Position numbers and translations under genes: made by a program. From IMG/VR virus record IMGVR_UViG_3300021364_000005: 64,000 bases of DNA; one strand, written 5' to 3'. The DNA is from a virus (Duplodnaviria; Caudoviricetes). Below, piece after piece: positions 36,811 through 46,306 of this stretch. A model generated the notes under the pieces. It did no database searches and was not told the origin of the DNA. It was given only the letters and a program-made list of their open reading frames with translations. Within the stretch, counting starts at the first letter, position 1. Every line of letters starts with the position of its first letter.

Positions 36811-37010
36811 CCTAATGCCTTTAGTTCAGTTTCGAGTCTGTGTATTTCATCTTTGAGCCAAAGTTTTTGAGTTTTAAGCCTGTTTACTTTGTTATCATCT
36901 TCCCACTTATTATACAACTCTTTTACTTCGTCGTCAAGTGCTCTATGTTTCCGATATAATTCTTGTAAATGGGTTGCAATTTTATTGTGCTTCTCAGTAA
37001 AATTACTCAT
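36807..37010 (-). CDS. DUF465/YdcH-like coiled-coil protein
   Basis: HRALDDEV...RLKTQKLWLKDEI. Confidence 0.65.
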   Translation of the reverse strand: MSNFTEKHNKIATHLQELYRKHRALDDEVKELYNKWEDDNKVNRLKTQKLWLKDEIHRLETELKALG

Positions 37011-38461
37011 TCAAACAACTCCCCAAATTTAGTTTGTGCATTTACAGTTTTCTTACCAGTGGCACCCCGTGTGCCAATGATGCTCATCCAGAAGCGGCTG
37101 TATTCTTCTACAAGTGCTTCTGCTTTTTGCCGGTCATCCGTTGCGAATATTTCGTCCACAACATCTCTGAAAAATAGCCTGTCAAAACGCTCTTCCACAA
37201 GCATTGCCGGAAGTATTCCGTTGTCGTATTGTCTATTTGCTTCTTGTACTGCATTAATGTGCATCCATACGTTATGCCCCATCATGATAGCATATGAAAA
37301 ACTATCCCATGAGGTCTTGCCTTCTTTGCCTATTTTATTTAGATCACCTGGACCATATATACAAATATCTTTGGCTTGAAGTTCTGCTGTAATCGGACTA
37401 TCCATAAAGCTAGGATGTTTGCCTTCTCGAACGAATGCTTGCCCGAACTGAGTAGTATCTTGTGCAAGTGACTTATCATCTATACTAGGCACCATTCGAT
37501 ATACCCATTTAGTGCGATCTTGTGTTTCAAGTTCACAATAAATCTGTCCATTAGCAGTTGCAAGGAATGGAGAAGCACAATCAAACGTAATAGTAAAGTT
37601 TTCATTGTGATATTTGCGTACTGCTCTTTGGATATCTGTTAATAATGTAGCCCATTCGAGCTTTGAAGTACCTAAGAAGTGCATTACATCATGTATGCCT
37701 TTCTCAAGCAATCCGTCAAATCGCAGTGCAACCAAACGCTTGAGTGCAAGATGAACATCACACATATTTTGTCCACCCATCGACCAACCGTTGAAATGAT
37801 CATTTGGATATTTCTTAGGATCACAATAATCCTTCATCTGGTTGTACCAGTCATCCGCATCGGCGTGATTTTCACCTTGGAGAACATTAAGGAACTTACA
37901 AGCACCTGTTCGATGTTTCATCCAATAATCATTGTTAATACGTGTTGCTTTTACTGCTTCTGCATATGTACTAATGCCTGTTGCTTTTGCACCTTCCGGA
38001 GAACGTGCAACCCAGGCTGGAATATCAAGTATCATTCCATAGTCCATATATGCGTCCATCCACTTCAAAACGCCATCACGTTTCTTTTGTGCCTTTGGAC
38101 AATTTGGATCTTTCCAGTCACCTTCCCAAACACCCTTACCAATTTGGAAGCCACCTGAGTCACCAAGTAGCCAAGTGTTTTGTCTATCTCTATTACGCAC
38201 CATGTCTTCTTTAGGAGCAAACTTATTGACATCTAAGTCAGCGTGTCCGGCACTATACAAACTCCATTTGTAAGTAAACTGTCCTTCCTGTGCATTTAGA
38301 TAATTTAAACTTTCAACTCCGTGTGTAAGGTTAGAAGGTATTCTGGACTTATCCACATATTCTTCATGACGTTGCTTACCTACATAGGTAGCATAAAAGC
38401 CACTTAGTGCGGGCAAAAAACGTGCATAATCATTTTGTGTTGCGGTTAAATCTTTATTCAT
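37007..38461 (-). CDS. dpdA: tRNA-guanine transglycosylase-like DNA deazapurine transglycosylase (DpdA-like)
   Basis: LGDSGGFQ, MILDIP, VLQG, HFLG, FDCASP, GHNVW TGT-fold motifs; linked to folE/queE. Confidence 0.75.
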   Translation of the reverse strand: MNKDLTATQNDYARFLPALSGFYATYVGKQRHEEYVDKSRIPSNLTHGVESLNYLNAQEGQFTYKWSLYSAGHADLDVNKFAPKEDMVRNRDRQNTWLLGDSGGFQIGKGVWEGDWKDPNCPKAQKKRDGVLKWMDAYMDYGMILDIPAWVARSPEGAKATGISTYAEAVKATRINNDYWMKHRTGACKFLNVLQGENHADADDWYNQMKDYCDPKKYPNDHFNGWSMGGQNMCDVHLALKRLVALRFDGLLEKGIHDVMHFLGTSKLEWATLLTDIQRAVRKYHNENFTITFDCASPFLATANGQIYCELETQDRTKWVYRMVPSIDDKSLAQDTTQFGQAFVREGKHPSFMDSPITAELQAKDICIYGPGDLNKIGKEGKTSWDSFSYAIMMGHNVWMHINAVQEANRQYDNGILPAMLVEERFDRLFFRDVVDEIFATDDRQKAEALVEEYSRFWMSIIGTRGATGKKTVNAQTKFGELFE

Positions 38462-38658
38462 TAATCTTTCACGTTTAAATTGCTTGGGCTATATTGTTCA
38501 CCATTATAGCCACTTCCAGATCCATCTACACCTGAGTTGCAAGCAAATACAACTAAGCATAGAAAGAAAGCACTCCACAGTGTAGCTCGTTTACTCCAAA
38601 GGATGAATCCATCCATTGCTTCTTCGGCTTGTTTCTGTGCTTGCTCTGCTGGTGTCAT
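38461..38658 (-). CDS. Small membrane protein
   Basis: One hydrophobic segment; TAATG coupling on both sides. Confidence 0.55.
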   Translation of the reverse strand: MTPAEQAQKQAEEAMDGFILWSKRATLWSAFFLCLVVFACNSGVDGSGSGYNGEQYSPSNLNVKD

Positions 38659-39386
38659 TACTTACTCTGTGCTGGCAGGATATAGTCATACTTGGCCATA
38701 CCGCTGTCTACTGAAATCATCATTGCACCTTGATCTGAGATACTCATTGTTGCATCACCATCTAAGTTTAAAATACTTTGAACTTGTGCTACTGGCCAAC
38801 TCCATGTATGTGCAAGTGTTCCTTCAATACCATGTTGGAAAACAAACTCACCTGCGTGTGTACTTGCATCACCAAAGCTAAACACTAGATTTCCGTCTTT
38901 AGTACTAACATTAAATGTTGGTTCTTCTGAGTGTGCAGCACTCATTAGCTTCATACGTGCAATACTTGCTACACTTGGACTAAAAGTAATCTGCCATTGT
39001 GCGCCTTTAAACTTTACAGTTTTAAGTTTTTCTTCAATAATTGCTTTGTTCATAAAGCGATAATCATTTTGAAAGTCGCCTGCTGCGTTTTCAAAGTGAA
39101 TGTGTGTTGGAACAACCTCTCCATTACGTTCTGCTGTTACAACTTCAATTTTTGCATCCTTTTGATATTCCGGATTTTTCAAATGCAAGCTAAGTTTGTC
39201 TAAATTTGGCATACCAAATGTGTCAACAAACTCTGATACAGGCGAGTGTGTTTCTGCACTTAGGATAACACTTCGATCGTCTGCCATTGAATCAATTAAA
39301 GTGCCTTCGTCGTTCTGCACTTTTACAATGCTTAGGAAGCCTAATGCATGGGTGTGTGCAACAATGTCTTGTAAGATATCTTTCAT
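38658..39386 (-). CDS. Probable DNA polymerase sliding clamp (gp45-like)
   Basis: 242 aa with a two-fold repeated alpha/beta pattern, C-terminal YILPA, own sigma70 promoter, near polB. Confidence 0.6.
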   Translation of the reverse strand: MKDILQDIVAHTHALGFLSIVKVQNDEGTLIDSMADDRSVILSAETHSPVSEFVDTFGMPNLDKLSLHLKNPEYQKDAKIEVVTAERNGEVVPTHIHFENAAGDFQNDYRFMNKAIIEEKLKTVKFKGAQWQITFSPSVASIARMKLMSAAHSEEPTFNVSTKDGNLVFSFGDASTHAGEFVFQHGIEGTLAHTWSWPVAQVQSILNLDGDATMSISDQGAMMISVDSGMAKYDYILPAQSK

Positions 39387-40132
39387 ACTGTTTCTCCATT
39401 CTTAAATTCTATTATATTGCCTAATTTGTTGTTTGTCAAGAGTTTTTCTACTGAGTATTTAGGTTTAAAGCCTAAACTTTTTATTTTATCCATATTGGCG
39501 CAAGTCCAACTCCGTTCATTCGGGGTATTTAGACGAATTGGCAAGTCAGGTGCAAAGTCACGGATTCTAAATGGATGGCCTGTGCCTATGTCTATTTCGC
39601 CTGTTAGTTTACTATTCATACAAAGTTCTATTGCATCACATAAATCTTCTATATGTATAAAGTCTCTGTAATGATTAGTTACATAATCTAGTTCATTGTC
39701 TATAAGTTTTTGCAAAAACATACCTTTTCTAGGAGCATATGAGAAAACTGTATGAAATCTCATGCATAATGTATTAACATAACAAGCTGCTGCTTCTTCG
39801 ACAATGTATTTGCTTGCAGCGTAAGGATTTAAATGTGGTTCGTAAATAGAACTAGAACTTGCAATTAACATACGTGTTTCTGGATAACGTTCTAATAGTC
39901 TTTTTGTGACCTCTACGTTATTACGCCAGTAGCCTGCAGGATCGTCCATACTTTCACGCACACCGCTTTTACCAGCAAGATGTATTATTAGGTCAAAGTT
40001 TTCACGTAAAGGAATATCTAATAGATCCTGACCGTCTATTAAGTCAAAGCCTACGACACTATGGTGTCGTGTGAGCCGTTTAAGCAAGTGACTTCCTATA
40101 AATCCTCTATGACCCGTTAGACATATATGCAT
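39383..40132 (-). CDS. NAD-dependent epimerase/dehydratase
   Basis: TGHRGFIGS, HLAG, ASSSSIY, YAASK. Confidence 0.9.
   Translation of the reverse strand: MHICLTGHRGFIGSHLLKRLTRHHSVVGFDLIDGQDLLDIPLRENFDLIIHLAGKSGVRESMDDPAGYWRNNVEVTKRLLERYPETRMLIASSSSIYEPHLNPYAASKYIVEEAAACYVNTLCMRFHTVFSYAPRKGMFLQKLIDNELDYVTNHYRDFIHIEDLCDAIELCMNSKLTGEIDIGTGHPFRIRDFAPDLPIRLNTPNERSWTCANMDKIKSLGFKPKYSVEKLLTNNKLGNIIEFKNGETV
39411..39439 (-). promoter_or_regulatory. sigma70-type promoter for the clamp-dpdA operon
   Basis: TTGACA-17nt-TATAAT (perfect consensus). Confidence 0.85.
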
Positions 40133-40814
40133 TTAATTTACTCCAAGTGTCTTGCCAACCATTGACACTATAATTCATACCATTTTTATTTGCTTGAGCT
40201 AATGGAAAATCATTACCATCTTCATCCATTCTATCACCAAAAAACAAGATAGTATCGTTTTGGCTAAAATCTCGCATTATTTGGCTTTTATCTGCTCCTA
40301 CAGGAAAAATATCTATTCCTGTTTCTCCGCCTACCACAGCTTCTATATCTGGAAACTTTTGTTTAAACATTTTTGCTATAGTAACTCGTTCTTCTGTTCT
40401 TTCGTCATGCTGAACATACAATTTGCGCTCACCAAGAGTTGCGTTTCTTCCTACAACACTAAAATTACACATACCAGGCCTGTCTTCTATGTGTAATCCT
40501 GTACGTAGAGGAAACTTACTTAGTGCTAATTCTTCACGCAGCCACGCTTCTGCCTCTTCTGGTATACTCCATGTATTTGTAAAAACATTATTATTTTGCT
40601 CCCATACATCATTACCGGAACAGTTGTAAACCTTAACTGCTAAGTTGTATATTGTTGCGCCTACCTGTTCTATAGTTTTGTCTCTATCTGATCCAGTCAC
40701 AAGGTACACAGCATTATGGGTTGCAAATTGTTCAAACCAAGCTGCAAATTCTTTATCCATTTTTCCACGGCTTGGGGTAAGTGTGCCGTCTACATCAAAT
40801 ATAAATTTAGACAT
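40107..40814 (-). CDS. HAD-type (eukaryote-like) phosphomannomutase
   Basis: FDVDGTLT, VTGSD, NFSVVGRNA..ER, GGETGID, FFGDR...GND. Confidence 0.85.
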   Translation of the reverse strand: MSKFIFDVDGTLTPSRGKMDKEFAAWFEQFATHNAVYLVTGSDRDKTIEQVGATIYNLAVKVYNCSGNDVWEQNNNVFTNTWSIPEEAEAWLREELALSKFPLRTGLHIEDRPGMCNFSVVGRNATLGERKLYVQHDERTEERVTIAKMFKQKFPDIEAVVGGETGIDIFPVGADKSQIMRDFSQNDTILFFGDRMDEDGNDFPLAQANKNGMNYSVNGWQDTWSKLNAYMSNGS

Positions 40815-41226
40815 TGTTTTGCCTTTCTGCTACCCGCTTTCGCAAATCACTGGACGAGAAGCGGTGATCTCTTTTGTTAAAGTATAGCTGGATACCCCGC
40901 TTCTTGCAAATATCCTTGCCCGTAAAATCCTTTTCACGATACTCTTCTCCTAATATTCTAACATCAATTTGGTACATTGTCAAGATATCATTTAGGTCTT
41001 CTTCAGTGCCGTAAGGAATAATTTCATCTACGTACCCTACTGCTTTAAGTTGTGTATACCTTTCTACAATAGTTTGTATAGGAGAATTTTTTTCTGATCT
41101 ATCTATGCTTGGATCAACCTGCAATCCACATATTAGATAGTCGCATTGTTCTTTTGCTTCACGTAACATTTGTACGTGACCTGCGTGTAATAAATCAAAT
41201 GTTGAACAAGTAAATCCTACTTTCAT
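40807..41226 (-). CDS. Cytidylyltransferase (TagD-like)
   Basis: FDLLHAGH (HxGH); RDHRFSSSDL. Confidence 0.88.
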   Translation of the reverse strand: MKVGFTCSTFDLLHAGHVQMLREAKEQCDYLICGLQVDPSIDRSEKNSPIQTIVERYTQLKAVGYVDEIIPYGTEEDLNDILTMYQIDVRILGEEYREKDFTGKDICKKRGIQLYFNKRDHRFSSSDLRKRVAERQNNV

Positions 41227-41939
41227 GATACAAATGCCTTTTCTTGTACAAAAGTTCCTGCTTGCTTTTTGTTACCTTCATTCCAGCCCCAGTCATTCAA
41301 CATATCTTTAACATCATTATTAAAAGGCATACTACCACATATCATAACTTTATCCTTTTCAGGTGTAGCACCAGTTAGTATTACGCCGGCACTCATTGCT
41401 GTTGTTATACGTTTATTTAGGCCCTGCCATTCTCTGTCTTGTGTAACAATGGGTGTGTAATCGATAGGAAGTTCTTGTAAGAAATCATTATATGCAAGCA
41501 ATTCCGGCATACTTCGCACACTCCAAACAACATGAATATTATCAAAACTATCAAAAGTTTCCGGATCTCTTAGTAAACTGATAAATGGAGCGATTCCAGT
41601 ACCAGTTGCTAACATCCATAAGTCTCCTTTTAATTCTAAATTTGCTAAAATTAAAGTACCTGTTGCTTTAGAACCTACCTCTAATTGGTCTCCAACTTTT
41701 ATGTGTTGTAACTTACTTGTTAATGGGCCGTCTTGCACCTTAATGCTATAAAACTCTAAGTAGTCATCGTATGGTCCGCTTGTAATGCTGTATGCTCTGC
41801 GTATGTCATCATCAGGAAATCCTATCATTACAAATTCTCCTGCTGTAAATCTATATGATTTAGGACGATTACATTGTATTTTAAATAACCTATCAGTGTA
41901 GTGTTCAACACTTGTCACTGTAAGAGTTTCATAGCTCAT
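41223..41939 (-). CDS. fpr: Ferredoxin-NADP+ reductase
   Basis: RAYSI, GPLTSKL, ATGTGIAPF, MICGS, EKAFV. Confidence 0.9.
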   Translation of the reverse strand: MSYETLTVTSVEHYTDRLFKIQCNRPKSYRFTAGEFVMIGFPDDDIRRAYSITSGPYDDYLEFYSIKVQDGPLTSKLQHIKVGDQLEVGSKATGTLILANLELKGDLWMLATGTGIAPFISLLRDPETFDSFDNIHVVWSVRSMPELLAYNDFLQELPIDYTPIVTQDREWQGLNKRITTAMSAGVILTGATPEKDKVMICGSMPFNNDVKDMLNDWGWNEGNKKQAGTFVQEKAFVS

Positions 41940-42202
41940 TTATCTTCCTCTGGTAGTTTTATTACATTATTTTCATTAGCAAGCATATTTTCCTTAATGT
42001 CATATACTTGCTCGCTTTTAATCATATTAATAATTGTATTTGTCAAACTTACTTCTTGGCGTAAGTATCCAATCTTACGTTGCAATTCTTCTAGCTCTTT
42101 TAGATAAAATTCTAATTCTTGTTCCTTACGTAACTTCTGTTCAATAAAGTCAGTAATTAGAATTAGTTTTTGTTCTTCGCTCATTGCACTAGCGTACTCC
42201 AT
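41936..42202 (-). CDS. Coiled-coil hypothetical protein
   Basis: In-strand tiling ORF. Confidence 0.6.
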   Translation of the reverse strand: MEYASAMSEEQKLILITDFIEQKLRKEQELEFYLKELEELQRKIGYLRQEVSLTNTIINMIKSEQVYDIKENMLANENNVIKLPEEDK

Positions 42203-42459
42203 TTACGAAGTTTTTCACGTTTGACGTTAGCTCTATCTTCCAAGTCAATCCATTTGCAAACATTATGTTGCACCATAAGTTCTAGCATACAATAAACGTC
42301 ACCAAGTTCTTCGATTAGCTTTTGCTCTTGATCGTATTCAATTTCGTTTACAGTGTTGTATTTCCGCATAATTTTACTACAACGTTGTGTTAGTTCACCA
42401 CATTCTTCCATAGTAATACACATAAGTTGTTGTAAATCATTGATAGGGCTGTCTTCCAT
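42181..42459 (-). CDS. MazG-like nucleotide pyrophosphohydrolase
   Basis: EECGEL ... EELGDV; GGAG SD before ATG 42459. Confidence 0.78.
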   Translation of the reverse strand: MEDSPINDLQQLMCITMEECGELTQRCSKIMRKYNTVNEIEYDQEQKLIEELGDVYCMLELMVQHNVCKWIDLEDRANVKREKLRKWSTLVQ

Positions 42460-42460
42460 T

Positions 42461-45154
42461 TTAATCTCCAAAGTCAAATAAACTTGTAAATGTGTTAGAT
42501 TGTTTTGTGCTATCGATATCATAGTTTAGCACACCAATTAAGTTATCAATTTTATTATCAATAATAGTTGCTTCCATAGCATCGCCATCAAATGGCAATT
42601 CTTTGAACCAATCTGGCAAACGCAATTCATCTGTTGGATATGCAACACTTGTATACCCTAATGGATTCTGCTTGAGTTTGCACACAATAACTTTCATACC
42701 ATCTACAATCTCTTGCGAATACTTGTCACCATTCATACGCTTCAGTGTGTTCCAGTTAATGCTTGCTCTAACGTGCCCTGGCATATTTGCCTTGCCTTGC
42801 TTTTCTTCAAGACGCTGATAGTGCCCAATTTTGTTAGCACGTTTAGGAGCACCTTTTTCCCAACCCGGTCTATTTTTAAAATCACGCCTAAAGTCAGTAA
42901 TACGTTCTAGTATTTCTTTTTCGCCTTTTTCTTGTAGTACCATCATCAGCACTTCGCTTAGAAACTCTTGCATATACACAGGTGTGTCTGATCTACGCAA
43001 GTCTAAGCCCATTGCTTTTACTTTGCCTGGCTTGCCATCTGTGTCTGAACGGAAGCCTTCAACATCATATACCAATGCTGCATAACGTTTCTTTGTAATG
43101 TACAAGCCGCTTTCAGCAACAATCTCTCTACCTGCTGCAATAACGTCTGATCGGCTCTTTGGACAGTGAAATGCTTTTTGCATAAAGTCTTGGAATGTGC
43201 TATTTGCCTCTTCTGCGACTTGATCATATAGAGTAATTACATTGTCTTTACTCCATGGAATAGATCCGTTGTCAATTTGTTGTTTTAATACAGGATATGC
43301 ACTAAAATACACAGAGTCTGTATCACCATATATTACGCTTTCACCTACATGATCATAGGATCCTGTAATAACTTTGTTAACTTCTGCTGACATATGCTTT
43401 ACAATAGTACGGCCTGATAATGTAGTACTTTGTCCAATACGTTTATCAAAAAAGCGACAGCCAGGGTTAAGAATGGCACCATAAAGACTGTTAAGGTTAA
43501 TTTTCTTAACCAACTGACGTTTGTCCCAAAAAGCGATTTCTGCTTCATTTCCTGCATCCTTTGCTTTCTTAAGCATTTTCTGTAGATCTTTTCTTTCCGC
43601 ATACCACCTCTTTAGAATTCCAGGAATAACACCTTCAAATTCTGTTGTAAAAATTGTGCCATTTGAACTTAGCATCCAAGGCATATTACTGTCAAATATT
43701 AGTTTGTAAATTTCTGCTCCACTTAGTACGTCTGAACGACCGTCTTCCCAGTCAATAGTTAGAGCAATGTCTTTGCGTTGGTCCATAACTGCTTCATATT
43801 CTTCTGTACTGAAGCGTCCTTCCCATGAACCTGCAAATGACTTTTTCTTAAGCGTCATATCTTCATGAACACGAGCTTCTGACATCTCAGGACGTATTTG
43901 TCCTACAATAGTTTCTGGAGCCATATTCAATGCACGAATCACACTTGGATACAGACTGTTCAAGTCCATTGAACCAATCCATTTGTGAACACCTTTTTTA
44001 GGAAATGCAACATAAGCACCAGCGGCTGCTGTATTCTCATCATCACGCTTTGGACGATTAGGAACTTGTAATCCTCTATCATGTGCTTCATTAATAATTG
44101 CTTGTTCTGTAACAGCAACAGCACCCATAGTTGTTTGTAGCAAAACAGTATTTGCGTGTGCCAGCTCGTTTGAAAGATCAATAAATCTTAGTTTTTTGTC
44201 CAGCTTGTCTAGTAGTGCAACGTCTTGTCTATTATATTCGATAAATGTTTCAAAGTCGTTGTTGTATAACTGATCAAGTGTTCCTTCATATACTGTTTTA
44301 CGTTCACCAACTTCAAGTTCGCCAATAGCATCAAGACGATATGTGTGTCTTTCTTCATATGTGTATTTGCGATATAATTCTAAACTGTCTAAATGCACTC
44401 TGCCCACAAAGTCATAAGTTTCACTTGTTTTTCCAAACTTTTCGTATTCACGTTTTTTAGGCAGTTGTCCCCATAAGCAAAAACGTCTTGTGTCATCTGT
44501 ACTTAAAACACGTTTAATTCTGTTAACAGTATACGGAACATCATAACCTTCACTATTCCAGCCACTAAAGATATCTGCATCCTCTAGCAAATCAAGGAAT
44601 GTAAGAAGCATTTGTCTCTCACCATTTCCTTCTTTGTCGTTTGGATATAAAATAACATCATCGCCCCAGCGATCTTTACACATTTTTTGTGCTTCTTCAA
44701 AAGGTAATCCCTTTGGCGGAACTGCAAGTGTAATAAGTGCATCGAGCCATTGTAAATGTACAGTGATAGCTGTAATTGGCATAAACGGATCTTCAACTGG
44801 AGCAAATCCTCGCTCTGGATCAAAGTCGGTCTCGATATCCCAAAACGCAACATTTAATTTAGGTGCGTCTTGATTAAGATAATTTTCACTTAAACATTGA
44901 AATATTGGATTAATATCGCTTTCGAATAAGTCTTTGCCTTTGTTTATTGCAATTTCTTTACGAAAGTCTTTTGTATTTTTGCAAACAATACGTGTTAGAT
45001 TGTCGCCATATACACTTTTGTATTTGCCACGTTCGTCTTTATAATAAAACGTGTATTTTGCTTGGTATTCTCTAAAATCTCTTTTACCATCTTTGCGTTC
45101 AACACATCTAATAATGTCTTGGTCGCGATCAAAGAAAGCATCTACGTAACTCAT
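42461..45154 (-). CDS. polB: Family B DNA polymerase (gp43-like)
   Basis: Exonuclease DIETD, NSEGYD, YNRQD; polymerase DLNSLYPS, KINLNSLYG, YGDTDS; no intein. Confidence 0.96.
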   Translation of the reverse strand: MSYVDAFFDRDQDIIRCVERKDGKRDFREYQAKYTFYYKDERGKYKSVYGDNLTRIVCKNTKDFRKEIAINKGKDLFESDINPIFQCLSENYLNQDAPKLNVAFWDIETDFDPERGFAPVEDPFMPITAITVHLQWLDALITLAVPPKGLPFEEAQKMCKDRWGDDVILYPNDKEGNGERQMLLTFLDLLEDADIFSGWNSEGYDVPYTVNRIKRVLSTDDTRRFCLWGQLPKKREYEKFGKTSETYDFVGRVHLDSLELYRKYTYEERHTYRLDAIGELEVGERKTVYEGTLDQLYNNDFETFIEYNRQDVALLDKLDKKLRFIDLSNELAHANTVLLQTTMGAVAVTEQAIINEAHDRGLQVPNRPKRDDENTAAAGAYVAFPKKGVHKWIGSMDLNSLYPSVIRALNMAPETIVGQIRPEMSEARVHEDMTLKKKSFAGSWEGRFSTEEYEAVMDQRKDIALTIDWEDGRSDVLSGAEIYKLIFDSNMPWMLSSNGTIFTTEFEGVIPGILKRWYAERKDLQKMLKKAKDAGNEAEIAFWDKRQLVKKINLNSLYGAILNPGCRFFDKRIGQSTTLSGRTIVKHMSAEVNKVITGSYDHVGESVIYGDTDSVYFSAYPVLKQQIDNGSIPWSKDNVITLYDQVAEEANSTFQDFMQKAFHCPKSRSDVIAAGREIVAESGLYITKKRYAALVYDVEGFRSDTDGKPGKVKAMGLDLRRSDTPVYMQEFLSEVLMMVLQEKGEKEILERITDFRRDFKNRPGWEKGAPKRANKIGHYQRLEEKQGKANMPGHVRASINWNTLKRMNGDKYSQEIVDGMKVIVCKLKQNPLGYTSVAYPTDELRLPDWFKELPFDGDAMEATIIDNKIDNLIGVLNYDIDSTKQSNTFTSLFDFGD

Positions 45155-45223
45155 GTTGTCTCCTGTTGTTTTTGGCCAACTATACCTTCAACCTGTTCGT
45201 AAGTGAACGACTCTATAATGTAT

Positions 45224-45252
45224 ATATTACTATATATTGATGACGCTGTCAA
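45224..45252 (-). promoter_or_regulatory. sigma70-type promoter for polB
   Basis: TTGACA-17nt-TAATAT. Confidence 0.72.
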
Positions 45253-45574
45253 TCTCGGCTTGGTCTTTTTGATACTGATCTTCAAAATATTTTTCCACAT
45301 TTTGTGCTTTATCATCGATCCATATATCGTAATGGGGTTTTCCAACATTTGCTGATGTGTATTTTACACCCCATTTGTGTAATTGCTCTAGTGTAAGTTC
45401 TTTATAATCTATACCAGACTCAGAACCACGAGCTGTGTAATAATGTACTTCGTGGCCTTTTTCGTATAGATCATTAAAATGAGCAATTCTTTCTGTATAT
45501 GGCTTACTCAAATTGTATGGACGTCCTACTTCTTGGTCACAAATTGTACCATCTATATCTACATAGTAGATCAA
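45230..45574 (-). CDS. Small HAD phosphatase (capsule-biosynthesis phosphatase-like)
   Basis: VDIDGTI, YTARG, GKP, IDDKA. Confidence 0.82.
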   Translation of the reverse strand: MIYYVDIDGTICDQEVGRPYNLSKPYTERIAHFNDLYEKGHEVHYYTARGSESGIDYKELTLEQLHKWGVKYTSANVGKPHYDIWIDDKAQNVEKYFEDQYQKDQAEIDSVINI

Positions 45575-46305
45575 AGTTCGTTCTCCTTTATGTACTTGAT
45601 CATTTTTTGTTTGAATCTTGCATTTAAAAATGCGTCATAGCATTGCTTTAACGGTGTGGGCAATAGTTTATTCTGTTTTAACTCTTTAAATGTTGTGCAT
45701 TGTAAAACTATATGTTTAGGATCACTCATTAAGCTATTCGCATCAAATTTTACCATACGTATTTTTTCGTTAGTATTGAATTTAAAATAACTAATATGAT
45801 CACCTTCTTTCAAGTTTAGGCTATTCATACCTTTTTTAAATTTAAATGCAGGACGAACAGGTCTAATCCATTTTGATATATTATATGTACCGCTTATCCC
45901 CATACAATTTTCAGTAAAATTATTTTCTGCATAATATGGATGAAGCTGTGTCATAGTAATATCAGCTTCTGTGAAAAATATGTATGCTGGGTCTGCCATC
46001 TGATGAACTCTCTCCGCATTAGGAGGAGTTAGAAATCTGATAAAATATTCTTGATCAAGATTTGATAATGTCTTTGCTGAATTGTTTTCGTAATCTATTT
46101 CTATGTCTATATCCAGAGGAGATTTAATTACAAATGTATTTTTTAACTCATCAGAAATAGCTGGACATCTAGATGTAAATTCACCAAAAAATTCTTGGTG
46201 GTTAATTTCTTTAATTAACGGAGTCGGAACACTATACCTTAATTCACTTAGACTATCAAAGTCATCGAAATAACTAATTATTGGACTCCAATATACTGTA
46301 ATCAT
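45571..46305 (-). CDS. Hypothetical protein
   Basis: 244 aa coupled ORF. Confidence 0.7.
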   Translation of the reverse strand: MITVYWSPIISYFDDFDSLSELRYSVPTPLIKEINHQEFFGEFTSRCPAISDELKNTFVIKSPLDIDIEIDYENNSAKTLSNLDQEYFIRFLTPPNAERVHQMADPAYIFFTEADITMTQLHPYYAENNFTENCMGISGTYNISKWIRPVRPAFKFKKGMNSLNLKEGDHISYFKFNTNEKIRMVKFDANSLMSDPKHIVLQCTTFKELKQNKLLPTPLKQCYDAFLNARFKQKMIKYIKENEL

Positions 46306-46306
46306 T

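Noticed and set aside
37007-38461. Canonical tRNA transglycosylase Tgt
   Set aside because: The C-terminal CxCxxC zinc site is absent, the protein is longer, and its context (clamp operon in a phage) favours a DNA-acting DpdA-type enzyme.
42461-45154. Intein or intron in the DNA polymerase
   Set aside because: The 897 aa ORF has normally spaced exonuclease and polymerase motifs and no splicing or homing-endonuclease signatures.
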